From Sedimentisphaerales bacterium (GTDB lineage Bacteria > Planctomycetota > Phycisphaerae > Sedimentisphaerales > SM23-30), in contig CAXXMR010000009.1 in NCBI GenBank assembly GCA_963663805.2, positions 1 to 64,000 on the forward strand: a stretch of DNA of 64,000 nucleotides, given 5' to 3'. The translations under genes and the position numbers were made by a program. Numbering within the stretch: position 1 is the stretch's first letter; every line of letters starts with the position of its first letter. The notes beneath the pieces were generated by a model. It worked only from the letters and a program-made list of their open reading frames with translations. It had not been told where the DNA came from and did not search any database. Positions 42,396-51,958 of this stretch are shown here, in pieces.

Positions 42396-43253
42396 TCAGA
42401 CACCTTTGCGATATTCTTTGGGGGAAACGCCGAACCAGCGTTTGAAGGCATCAGAAAAAGCATAAGGCGTGCTGTAGCCGATTTTGGCGGAGATGGTGCT
42501 GAGATTGTAACTCGTGTTCTTGAGCAGGTTAGCGGCGGTCTCCATACGGATTCGAGTGACCATTTTGATGGGGGTAACGCCCATATTCTCGATGAAAACC
42601 TTCATAAAGTGGCTCTTGGAGAGGAATAGTCCGGACTGTTCGGAAAGCGATTCGACATCCCAAGGGGATTGAGGGTCGGCGTAGATTCTACCAACCAGGC
42701 TGTTAAGTTTTTCGAGAATCTCCTGCTGGTAAATGTTCATTTCGGTGCGGAGTTCCTCACGGAGATACTGGGAGAGCAGGTCGCAGAGGCTCTGGACGAT
42801 GGTCTTCGAGCCGGAGGTGAGTTTAGCATTTTCCCGGAGAAGTTGATTAAATATCCAGAGTACCTCGTTGCCAAACTTGGCCGGGCCGATGATATTGTGC
42901 TTCTTGACGATGTCCCAGCCGTGATTCTCCGCTATCCAGAACCAGAGGAAGCTCCAGGATTTTCCTTTGGTTTTATAATGCTGGGCCCGACCGTAATGGG
43001 TCACAAAAAGCGTTCTTGGGGGTATGTCTATTTCCTGGTCATCTTCGAGCGACTGGCCCATCCCGTCAAAGGTGTAAATCATCTGATTATAATAAGGATT
43101 GGGCCTGAAGATTAAATAATCAGCATTTACGTTACTCTGACCGCCGAAAAGAATGCCAATCTGAGAGAGAAAATCAATGTCGGGCAGGATTAATTCTTTG
43201 CAGCCGGGGCCAATAATAATCGTTTCGCGTATGTTTTTAAAACTTCTACCCAT
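42396..43253 (-). CDS. AraC family transcriptional regulator
   Basis: PWDVESL, IGYSTPYAFSDAFKRWFGVSPKEYR; divergent from the glycan operon. Confidence 0.92.
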   Translation of the reverse strand: MGRSFKNIRETIIIGPGCKELILPDIDFLSQIGILFGGQSNVNADYLIFRPNPYYNQMIYTFDGMGQSLEDDQEIDIPPRTLFVTHYGRAQHYKTKGKSWSFLWFWIAENHGWDIVKKHNIIGPAKFGNEVLWIFNQLLRENAKLTSGSKTIVQSLCDLLSQYLREELRTEMNIYQQEILEKLNSLVGRIYADPQSPWDVESLSEQSGLFLSKSHFMKVFIENMGVTPIKMVTRIRMETAANLLKNTSYNLSTISAKIGYSTPYAFSDAFKRWFGVSPKEYRKGV

Positions 43254-43581
43254 TTTAACCGCCTGTTATAAATACTATAATGACCTCACAGTAGTAAATA
43301 AAACAAAAGAGATAGTCAAGTGTCAAGAGATATTGATAAAACAACTAATCATTTTAACCCTAAATCTTTATTGCATATAAAGATATGTCTTATTGGCAAC
43401 GAGAAATGCCCGGACCGGTTCATTATGGGGCCTTGCCGACAAAAAGGATATGGCAGGCCATAAACCGTAAAGGCGAGAAAAGATTTTTTCCTTTGGATAT
43501 GAGATTTAAATTTGAGATGATGGAATAGAACTTCGTATGTTTGAAGTTTGGCTTTTAATACTTTTTCAATGGAGGTCTGTG

Positions 43582-44628
43582 ATGGACAAGAGAGTATTGA
43601 TGGGATTGTTAATGCTGTTAGCAATGGTATCGGTCAGTTTTGGTGAGCCCAATGAGGTTGTTTTCGAGCTGGACGCAACCCAGCCGGGCAGCTCTTTCTG
43701 GAAACAGTGGGAGCCAACAGTCGGAGCAGGGCTGGGAACCCTGGTCGGGGTAGGGCCTAAAGCGGCTGAATACATCCCCATGCTGATGAGCGAGGATGAT
43801 GGTGCGGGTAACTATGCCTGGTACTACCATTTCGACGCGATTATCGAGACCGAAGGACTCTCCGGCGGTTACGCCAGAGGCTATGCGTTTGAGACTTATG
43901 GCGATATGAAGCTGGACCCGCGCCAGAGCTATACCTTTGAAGCCTGGATTCGCCGCAAAGGTACAGCGGCAATGAGCTGGGCGGAACATATTCTGGGTAA
44001 CTATAATCGCAATGAAGCGAACGGCTGGGGATTCTGGATGTACGGCACGGGGACGGGGCATACCTTCGCACGCCCTTATGCGAGAATGCGTGATAATGCC
44101 GGGACGGACAAGGCTGACCAGAAAATCAGAGGTAACAGCTATAATTTCGGGACCGATCCAACACTGTGGCATCATGTCGTGGTTACCTGGAACGGGATTG
44201 ACCCTGATGGTATCACCGTAGGAAAAGCGGCAACTTATTTTGACGGCGTGAATAATTTTGTTGACCTCGATGGTACGGCAGCGATTCCTTCTTCTTACTG
44301 GGAGTCGGATAATATCGACATCTATGGCGGCGATGAAGTTCGGGTAGGCTCTGCCTACAATAATGCCATGGTGGATGACCAGCTCTGGTTCCGCGGTGAT
44401 ATCGCGGTACTGAGAGTTTATAATGGAGCATTGTCGCAAGGCACGGTTGAAGATTTATACACAGCCGGTATGCCGACAATGACCGAGGCTTCACCGACGG
44501 TTATTTGCACCGGCAATATAGAAGGTGACCTGAGCGGCGACTGCCAGGTTGACCTGGAAGATTTCGCCATGTTTGCAGCGGATTGGATGCTGTGTAATCT
44601 GGACCCGGTAACAGCTTGCTTTAATTAA
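43582..44628 (+). CDS. Secreted LamG/concanavalin-like domain protein with dockerin-like tail
   Basis: RBS GGAGG; signal peptide; YTFEAWI, WHHVVVTW, FRGDIAVLRVYNGALS; GDLSGDCQVDLEDFA..DWM. Confidence 0.85.
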   Translation: MDKRVLMGLLMLLAMVSVSFGEPNEVVFELDATQPGSSFWKQWEPTVGAGLGTLVGVGPKAAEYIPMLMSEDDGAGNYAWYYHFDAIIETEGLSGGYARGYAFETYGDMKLDPRQSYTFEAWIRRKGTAAMSWAEHILGNYNRNEANGWGFWMYGTGTGHTFARPYARMRDNAGTDKADQKIRGNSYNFGTDPTLWHHVVVTWNGIDPDGITVGKAATYFDGVNNFVDLDGTAAIPSSYWESDNIDIYGGDEVRVGSAYNNAMVDDQLWFRGDIAVLRVYNGALSQGTVEDLYTAGMPTMTEASPTVICTGNIEGDLSGDCQVDLEDFAMFAADWMLCNLDPVTACFN

Positions 44629-44649
44629 TCGAAGTTGATTTGCAATGTA

Positions 44650-44686
44650 GGGCCTCTGGAAAATATGTACGGGTTTCCGGAGGCCC
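44650..44686. other. Intra-operon stem-loop
   Basis: GGGCCTCTGGAAA...TTTCCGGAGGCCC, no adjacent T-tract. Confidence 0.6.
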
Positions 44687-44719
44687 ATATCAGAGGTCAG
44701 AGTTTTTTTACAGCGTGGT

Positions 44720-47281
44720 ATGGATTATATGAAGCGTATTTGTGTTTTATTCTTATTGACTGTCATGTCCGGCTGGTGTTTCGCTCAGGCGCCTTTCAAG
44801 GTGCTTTACAGCAATGACACAACGCATATTTGCGGCTGTATCAGTCCTTATCATCAAGCCGGCGAAGCATTCACCGCCGATATGCTGCGGGCCAGCGTGG
44901 ATGAGACAGCGGGCACGGGAGTCGAGGTACACATGCTTCAGCCGGGGCTGGGATGGGTGCCGTGGTGGCAGAGTACGGTTTACCCTGATGCCTATCAATG
45001 GTTCCAGCAGACATATCAGGTCACACCTGACAGCTACGGCCAGTACATGCTCAGCGGCGGGGATATGGTGGCGGTTTTTGTACAGCGGTGTCGGCAGCAG
45101 GGTTTGAGCCCGTTCATATCGTATCGGTTGAACGACGCTCACGGCAAAGAATATGTCGATGACGCGCCAGGGACTGTACCAGGCTGGGCTGGTCATGCCC
45201 TCAGCCGTTTTTATGAGGAGCATCCGGAATATCGTATCGGCAGTGATATTAACGACTGGTACGAGAGAGTGCAGGACTGGTCGATTGCGGCGGTGCGTGA
45301 GCATAAATACGATTTCATTGAGGAAATATGCGTTAATTACGATATTGACGGGCTGGAACTGGATTTTATGCGGATGTGTAGTCTGTTCAACGTTGATAAT
45401 ACCACCAGTACGCAGCGTAAAAATATTATAACGGCTTTTATAGGACAGATTCGTCAACTGCTTGACAATACCAGTGCGACCGGTCAGCACCGGTGGTTGT
45501 GCGTCAGAGTGCCTTGTTATATCGAGGCGTTTGATAATCTGGGTATCAATCTACCGGAGATGGTGACGGCGGGGGTGGATATGGTGAATATTTCATCTTA
45601 CTTTTTCACGGACCAGCAGGCTGATATAGCCGCTATTGTCCAGTCGATTCCCACAACACCGGTGTATCTGGAAATGACCGGATGTATTTTGACCGTTGAC
45701 CAGTTGCCCAACAGCGGCGGCTATGATGATTTCACGTTTAAAAGGACCACAGAAGAACAGTTTTACACTACAGCCCACCTGGCCTATTCCAGCGGCGCTC
45801 AGGGCGTGAGCTTGTTTAATTTCCCCTATTACCGTGAACACGGCACACCGGGCCGTGGACCGTTCAGCGAGCCGCCCTTCCATATTATAGAACATCTGGA
45901 TGACGCAGCATTTCTGGCAGGTCAAAATCAGCATTATATTCTGGCGGGGATATGGGATAGTCCGCGACTGAACGACAGGCAGTTGCCCAAGACGTTCAAT
46001 GCGGGGCAGACAAAAACATTCACAATGGCCATGGCTGCCCCGGCAGGCGGATGGCAGTTGCAGGCCAAACTGCGAATAGAGGGTCGCGAATCAATTAGCG
46101 GCAATACCTGGCAGGTGAAATTTAACGGGAATTTGTTGAACGAAAACTCGGATGTCTCCGAACCGTATTACAATTATTATCCTTCGGCACTGGGTGAACC
46201 GGAACAATATCGGGCCTGGTCGATACCGAAGGAATATTTAGTTACCGGCGACAATACAATCGAAGTCAAGATGCTGTCGGGTAGTTCTGCCGAAATCATC
46301 TTCATTGATGTTGCGGCTGAGGTGGTGGAGGAAAAACTGGCGTTTGAGCTTAACGCGACTGCGCCGGGCGAAGAACCGCTGGAGCAATGGCAGCCGGTGG
46401 TCGGAACGGGCCAAGGTACGCTTATCGCAATCGGACCAGAAGGTCAGAAACCCAAACCAATGTCTGAGCAAGTCGGCGAAGACGAACATATCTGGTATTA
46501 TCATTTCACTAACGAAACGGACGGGACCAACGAAGGTACCTCAGCTGGCTACGCAGCGGGTTATGCGTTTGAACATGACGGCGATATGAAACTGGACCCG
46601 CGTAAAAATTATACGTTTGAAGCATGGATTCGTCGGGATTTACCTTATGCTCAGGGCAACTGGGGCGAGAACATCATCGGTAATTACGGCATGTACACCG
46701 GCTGCGGCTGGGGGTTCCAGACTTACGGCTTGGCAGGTGCCTGGGCCCGTACCGCCGTGCGGATGAGGGATAACGCCGGCTCGGTGGTTTATCATCAGCG
46801 AGGCCGTAGCAACAGTTTCGAATGGGTGGATGAAAGTGCGTGGCATCATATCGTTTTCGTCTGGGACGGCGAAGATACTTCGGGGCTGACGACGGCAAAA
46901 ACATTTCTTGATGGTGTGAATAATTTTGCGGATTGTGAATCGACTACCGCCATCACGGCGGATTACTGGCTGGGTAATGAGGAGATTTTCGGACAAAATG
47001 AAGTGCGGGTCGGGGCGGCGTGGCATAGCTCATATGTAAAAGATAATATGTGGTTCTCCGGCGATATCGCCCAGATCAGAATTTACACTTACTGCCTGAA
47101 CGAGGCCGACATTCTGGCAAACTATCAGGCGGGACCACCGGTCGCCGCGGAAATGTTCGCGACCTGCACCGAAGCCATTGATGCCGATTTTGACGATAAC
47201 TGCCAGGTCGATATTGACGACCTGTATATCATGATAGAACATTGGCTGGAATGTAATCAGGAAAACTATTTCGATAATTAG
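44720..47281 (+). CDS. Secreted putative glycoside hydrolase (GHL10/DUF187-like) + LamG + dockerin-like tail
   Basis: YSND, SYRLNDAH, YDIDGLELDFMR, GVSLFNF; LamG region from about 46335; DFDDNCQVDIDDL..WL. Confidence 0.75.
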   Translation: MDYMKRICVLFLLTVMSGWCFAQAPFKVLYSNDTTHICGCISPYHQAGEAFTADMLRASVDETAGTGVEVHMLQPGLGWVPWWQSTVYPDAYQWFQQTYQVTPDSYGQYMLSGGDMVAVFVQRCRQQGLSPFISYRLNDAHGKEYVDDAPGTVPGWAGHALSRFYEEHPEYRIGSDINDWYERVQDWSIAAVREHKYDFIEEICVNYDIDGLELDFMRMCSLFNVDNTTSTQRKNIITAFIGQIRQLLDNTSATGQHRWLCVRVPCYIEAFDNLGINLPEMVTAGVDMVNISSYFFTDQQADIAAIVQSIPTTPVYLEMTGCILTVDQLPNSGGYDDFTFKRTTEEQFYTTAHLAYSSGAQGVSLFNFPYYREHGTPGRGPFSEPPFHIIEHLDDAAFLAGQNQHYILAGIWDSPRLNDRQLPKTFNAGQTKTFTMAMAAPAGGWQLQAKLRIEGRESISGNTWQVKFNGNLLNENSDVSEPYYNYYPSALGEPEQYRAWSIPKEYLVTGDNTIEVKMLSGSSAEIIFIDVAAEVVEEKLAFELNATAPGEEPLEQWQPVVGTGQGTLIAIGPEGQKPKPMSEQVGEDEHIWYYHFTNETDGTNEGTSAGYAAGYAFEHDGDMKLDPRKNYTFEAWIRRDLPYAQGNWGENIIGNYGMYTGCGWGFQTYGLAGAWARTAVRMRDNAGSVVYHQRGRSNSFEWVDESAWHHIVFVWDGEDTSGLTTAKTFLDGVNNFADCESTTAITADYWLGNEEIFGQNEVRVGAAWHSSYVKDNMWFSGDIAQIRIYTYCLNEADILANYQAGPPVAAEMFATCTEAIDADFDDNCQVDIDDLYIMIEHWLECNQENYFDN

Positions 47282-47290
47282 AAAGGAATC

Positions 47291-48904
47291 GTGTTGATGA
47301 GAGTCAAAGGGATTTATAGGATTATTCTGACGGCGGCATTGGCAGGGACAGGCTGGGCCGGCGACAAGGCACCTTTCAAAGTGCTTTACAGCAATGACAC
47401 CACACACATCGAAAGCTGTGTCGGCCCTTATCATGCCCAAGGTGAGGATTTCACGCCGGAAATGCTCGAAGCCAGTGTCGACGAGACGGCGGGGATTGGC
47501 GTTGATGTCCACATGCTTCAGCCGGGACTGGGCTGGGTACCGTGGTGGAAGAGCGAAGTCTATCCCGACGCTTACAAGTGGTACATGGACACCTTCAAGT
47601 CACCGATAGACGGGTTCGGCAAATACATGCTCGCCGGCGGAGATATGGTGGAAGTATTCGTCAAACGTTGTCGGGAAAAAGGCATTGTGCCATTTATTTC
47701 GTATCGACTCAACGACGGCCACGGCAAGGAATATATCCTTAAAGAGCCCGGCACCCTGCCCAAATGGGGCGGGCACGCTATCAGTAAGTTTTATTGCGAA
47801 CATCCGGAATATCGTATCGGCGACGATATACACAGTTGGAAAAAACGCGTGCATAACTGGGCGATACCGGAGGCGCGGAATCACAAGCTGGCGTTGATCA
47901 AGGAGATTATCGAAAACTATGATATTGACGGGCTGGAGCTGGATTTTCAGCGGCTGTGCAGCTTTTTCGATGTCAACGCGACAACCAGCCAGCAGCGTAA
48001 AGATATTATGGCGGAATTTGTCGCCGAAGTACGCAATTCGCTCGACGAAAATCCCAAAGACGGTCGGCACAAGTGGCTTTGCGTAAGAATATCGACGCAT
48101 ATTGATACTTACGACGCACTGGGTATCGACCTGAAACGTTTTGTTGCGGCGGGAGTGGATATGGTAAACCTGTCGGGCTATTATTTCACCGAACAGCAGA
48201 CAGACCTGGCCGAAGTGGTCAGGACTATTCCCGATACGCCGGTATATCTGGAGTTTACGCATTGCATTATGACTGGCAAGACGCTTATCAAAAACACTTA
48301 TGATAATTTTACGTTCAGACGGTCCACCCCGAACCAGATTTATACCGCCGCCCATATCGCTTACAGCCATGGAGCCGTCGGCGTCAGTGCCTTTAATTTC
48401 ATGTACTACCGCGAACATGGCACACCGGGGCGCGGACCTTTCACCGAACCGCCTTTCTATATATTCAACCACATCGGTGACAAAGATTGGGTCGCCAGAC
48501 AAAGCCAGCATTACATCCTGTGCAAAATCTGGAACGACCCGCCTTCGGAAACGCGACAAATGCCGCAAACCTTCAAAAAGGACCAGAGTCACGAATTTGT
48601 GATGTATATGGCTGAGCCAGCCGGCGGTTGGTTGCGAGACGGTAAGCTGCGTATCGAAAGCGAGAAAGTACTCGCAAACAGCCAATGGAGTGTGAAATTC
48701 AACGGTATCACGCTAAAAAACACCGATGATGTATCCGAACCATACCCCAATCCATATCGCAATCTGCTGGGATTACCTCAGCAGTACCGGGCCTTTGTGC
48801 TGCCCTGCGAGATTGTAAAAAACGGTGATAATACCATTGAAATCACCATGACCGACAGCAGTGATGAACATGATATCAGCTTCATGGACATCGCATTGAA
48901 ATAG
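47291..48904 (+). CDS. Secreted putative glycoside hydrolase, paralogue of the catalytic part of the upstream gene
   Basis: YSNDTTHI, SYRLNDGH, YDIDGLELDFQR, YYREHGTPGRGPF shared with 44720..47281. Confidence 0.75.
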   Translation: MLMRVKGIYRIILTAALAGTGWAGDKAPFKVLYSNDTTHIESCVGPYHAQGEDFTPEMLEASVDETAGIGVDVHMLQPGLGWVPWWKSEVYPDAYKWYMDTFKSPIDGFGKYMLAGGDMVEVFVKRCREKGIVPFISYRLNDGHGKEYILKEPGTLPKWGGHAISKFYCEHPEYRIGDDIHSWKKRVHNWAIPEARNHKLALIKEIIENYDIDGLELDFQRLCSFFDVNATTSQQRKDIMAEFVAEVRNSLDENPKDGRHKWLCVRISTHIDTYDALGIDLKRFVAAGVDMVNLSGYYFTEQQTDLAEVVRTIPDTPVYLEFTHCIMTGKTLIKNTYDNFTFRRSTPNQIYTAAHIAYSHGAVGVSAFNFMYYREHGTPGRGPFTEPPFYIFNHIGDKDWVARQSQHYILCKIWNDPPSETRQMPQTFKKDQSHEFVMYMAEPAGGWLRDGKLRIESEKVLANSQWSVKFNGITLKNTDDVSEPYPNPYRNLLGLPQQYRAFVLPCEIVKNGDNTIEITMTDSSDEHDISFMDIALK

Positions 48905-48915
48905 GAGAACCATTT

Positions 48916-49713
48916 ATGAAAAATAAAGCATTTACCTTAGTTGAACTATTGGTTGTGGTCGCGATTATCGCACTGCTGGTTTCAATATTGCTGCCGGCCC
49001 TGGGCGAAGCCCGTGAGCAGGCCAAGAAAGTTGTCTGCCTTTCCAATTCACATCAGTGGGCGATTGGTACGCAGGTTTATTGCAATGACAATAAAGACAA
49101 TTTCCCCGCCCGCTTCAATGCTAGCGGAGAGCGTACCCATAACGGTTTGCTATACTATTATGTAAATGAATCACCAACAGCTAATAATGACCCTAAGCAG
49201 CCGCGAATGAATCTGCTGGATATTTTCGTGGAACCTTATCTGGTCGATTACAAAGTTACTTTCTGCCCAGCCAACACTACAGCTCCGCAAACCTGGGATG
49301 AACAGAAAGAATATTGGCTCAGCCAAAATAATCGGGAATATGTACTCGGTGATTACGGGCTCTTCGTTGGCTATGATGTCGTGCTGGATTACGTCGCCTG
49401 GGGACCAGGCCCGGACTTCACACCCAACCCGGCAGATTCAAAACGGGCCTTTGTGCCGCCCTTCAAGTCAAGTACCGCCCCAACTAGAATGGCCGTAGCG
49501 GGCTGCTATGTAAAAAATGACTGGGGAACAGGCGACGGGTGGTACTACTATCACAAATATAACAAAACCGGAACCATCGAGCCGGAAGGTGCCCCCGCGG
49601 CCCGCAACGACGGCAGTGCCTCATTTACGGCATTGGACGATATGGCAATATATCAGCGTTATATCAGCCATCCGCTGAAGATCCAGTTCTGGTGGCCGGA
49701 CCCACGCAAGTGA
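48916..49713 (+). CDS. DUF1559-type prepilin-like protein
   Basis: [44 protein letters not shown]-terminal DGS. Confidence 0.9.
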   Translation: MKNKAFTLVELLVVVAIIALLVSILLPALGEAREQAKKVVCLSNSHQWAIGTQVYCNDNKDNFPARFNASGERTHNGLLYYYVNESPTANNDPKQPRMNLLDIFVEPYLVDYKVTFCPANTTAPQTWDEQKEYWLSQNNREYVLGDYGLFVGYDVVLDYVAWGPGPDFTPNPADSKRAFVPPFKSSTAPTRMAVAGCYVKNDWGTGDGWYYYHKYNKTGTIEPEGAPAARNDGSASFTALDDMAIYQRYISHPLKIQFWWPDPRK

Positions 49714-49754
49714 TTAATTAGATTTTTATAAGCATTCACAGTTTTTCCTTTAAA

Positions 49755-49840
49755 GACCCGAAGGGGTCGTAAGATCGCATAGTCGGGCGGCGTAAGCCCC
49801 CGGAACACTTGCCAAAGACAACCACAAGCCCCAAAGGGGC
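49755..49840. repeat. REP-like palindromic element
   Basis: GACCCGAAGGGGTC...GGCGTAAGCC...GCCCCAAAGGGGC; first unit recurs at 59910-59928. Confidence 0.55.
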
Positions 49841-49928
49841 GAAAGAAAATTATCTGTGAATAGTTACTTTAAGTTGTTGCGAGAAGTTTAAAATCACCGC
49901 TTTTGATTGACAAAACCAGGAAGTATTT

Positions 49929-51752
49929 ATGCCCAGAAGTGAGTATCCCAGACCGCAGTTTACCAGAGATGAATGGTTGTGTTTGAACGGACGGTGGAGT
50001 TATGAATTTGACTTCGCCCGGACGGGGCTGGAACGCCAACTGCCCCAAAGCAAGGGGTTCGATAAGGACATTATCGTGCCGTTCTGCCCGGAAAGTTTAC
50101 TTTCCGGCGTGGAATACAAGGACTTCATCGAGGCGATGTGGTATCATCGCAAGATTAACATCCCGCACGAATGGCACGACCGGATGATTTTTCTCAATTT
50201 TGGCGCGGTCGATTTTCACGCCCAGGTATTTATCGATGGCCATTGCGTAGGCACGCATTGGGGCGGAGGCAGTTCGTTTGGTTTTGATATTAGCGATTAT
50301 GTGCAAGCGGGCGGGCAGCATGACCTGGTGGTTTATGTAATCGACGAAACCCGTAACCCCGCTCAGCCCAGCGGCAAACAAAGTCCCCGCTATAACAGTT
50401 ATGAATGTTTCTATTCGCGCGTTACCGGTATCTGGCAAAGCGTCTGGCTGGAACCGATGCACAAACACGCCCTGAAAAGATGCCGCGTTCTAACCGATAT
50501 TGACAATAATCAGATTACTTTCCTGCCCGAATATTATCAGGTCAAAACCGGTTGTCATTTGCAGGTTACGCTTTTGGAAGACGACAAAAAAATTGCCGAG
50601 GGCCAAACGCTTACCGGTCCAGGAACTTCACTGACCCTGAAAATAGACAATCCCCGTTTATGGTCGCCCGACGACGCGTTTCTTTATGAGATTGAATATG
50701 AAGTTATCGACCGACTCGGTAGAGTTGTTGACAAGGTGACCAGTTACACCGGCCTGAGAAAAATCCATATCGAAGATGACCGCATCTACCTGAACAATAA
50801 ACCGCTCTTCCAACGACTCGTACTCGACCAGGGCTACTATCCCGATGGTATCTGGACCGCGCCCAGTGACGATGCCTTAAAACACGATATTCAACTTTCA
50901 CTTGATGCCGGCTTCAATGGTGCCAGGCTCCATCAGAAAGTATTCGAGGAACGTTTCCTTTACTGGGCCGATAGAATGGGCTATCTGGTCTGGGCTGAGT
51001 CCGCCAGTTGGGGCTGCGATACGAATATCCGGGAGTCGAGCTCGAATTTCCTGAGCGAATGGTCAGAAATAGTTATCAGAGACAGAAATCACCCTTCGAT
51101 TATCACCTGGACACCTTTCAACGAAACCTGGGAACGCCGAAAAGATGATGGGGTGCTGCATGACAAAATTCTTATCGCCGCCTACGACCTCACCCACAAG
51201 CTGGACGGAACCCGCCCGGTCAACGACACCAGCGGCCATTTCCACGCTCGTACGGACCTGTGGACCGTTCACATTTACGACCAGCAGCCGGAGGAGTTAC
51301 AAGCCAATCTGCTGGCCGAAGATGGACAGGTATTCTTAAAAAACCCCGAATGGGAAGCCAAAGCCTACAGAAATCAACCATACATCCTGGCCGAGTTTGG
51401 CGGAATCAAATGGTCGCCCACCGATGTAAAAAAAGATGAAAAACGAACCCATTCCTGGGGCTACGGCAATACCCCGGACGACATTGAAGAATTCTACAAA
51501 CGGCTGGAAAGCCTCGTCGATGTCGCGTTGAGCTCGAACAAGCTGGCCGGATATTGCTATACGCAGCTAACCGACGTGGAACAGGAACAAAACGGTATAT
51601 ACCGCTATGACCGGACCGCTAAGTTCGACATGAAGCGAATCAAACGAATCTTCCAGAAATTACCCACCTGGCAGCAGAAAACCTCTGCTATCAACCCAGA
51701 AAAAGATAATATACCAAAGTCCAATAGAAACCTGGAATATCAGCCCAAATAG
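49929..51752 (+). CDS. Glycoside hydrolase family 2
   Basis: EYPRPQ, LNG.W, FGAVD, TGIWQSVWLE, LDQGYYPDG, RLHQK, NHPSIITWTPFNE, EFGG, YTQLTDVEQE. Confidence 0.93.
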   Translation: MPRSEYPRPQFTRDEWLCLNGRWSYEFDFARTGLERQLPQSKGFDKDIIVPFCPESLLSGVEYKDFIEAMWYHRKINIPHEWHDRMIFLNFGAVDFHAQVFIDGHCVGTHWGGGSSFGFDISDYVQAGGQHDLVVYVIDETRNPAQPSGKQSPRYNSYECFYSRVTGIWQSVWLEPMHKHALKRCRVLTDIDNNQITFLPEYYQVKTGCHLQVTLLEDDKKIAEGQTLTGPGTSLTLKIDNPRLWSPDDAFLYEIEYEVIDRLGRVVDKVTSYTGLRKIHIEDDRIYLNNKPLFQRLVLDQGYYPDGIWTAPSDDALKHDIQLSLDAGFNGARLHQKVFEERFLYWADRMGYLVWAESASWGCDTNIRESSSNFLSEWSEIVIRDRNHPSIITWTPFNETWERRKDDGVLHDKILIAAYDLTHKLDGTRPVNDTSGHFHARTDLWTVHIYDQQPEELQANLLAEDGQVFLKNPEWEAKAYRNQPYILAEFGGIKWSPTDVKKDEKRTHSWGYGNTPDDIEEFYKRLESLVDVALSSNKLAGYCYTQLTDVEQEQNGIYRYDRTAKFDMKRIKRIFQKLPTWQQKTSAINPEKDNIPKSNRNLEYQPK

Positions 51753-51825
51753 CAGTTTTCATACAGAAAATGTTAATCTGGGAAATCTTTTCCGGTTATT
51801 CCGGTAAAGGCTCAAAAAACTTTTA

Positions 51826-51875
51826 CACAAAACCCGTTAAATATTCCTCAGAGTAGATTTTTAACGGGTTTTGTG
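51826..51875. terminator. Long hairpin after the GH2 gene, probable terminator
   Basis: CACAAAACCCGTTAAA...TTTAACGGGTTTTGTG, 16-bp inverted repeat. Confidence 0.65.
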
Positions 51876-51958
51876 GTATCATTACAGCTCGGTGAGGCCG
51901 AAATCTCAGCGGGTTGTCAACGCTGGGCGGCTTTTTGGAGTATAACCGGAGAAGAAGT

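Noticed and set aside
43300..43390. AAGAGATA direct repeats as AraC binding sites
   Set aside because: Short, AT-rich and irregularly spaced; could be chance
47600..48685. 361-aa minus-strand ORF (and similar ones at 43618 and 44753)
   Set aside because: Antisense to genes supported by paralogy and motifs
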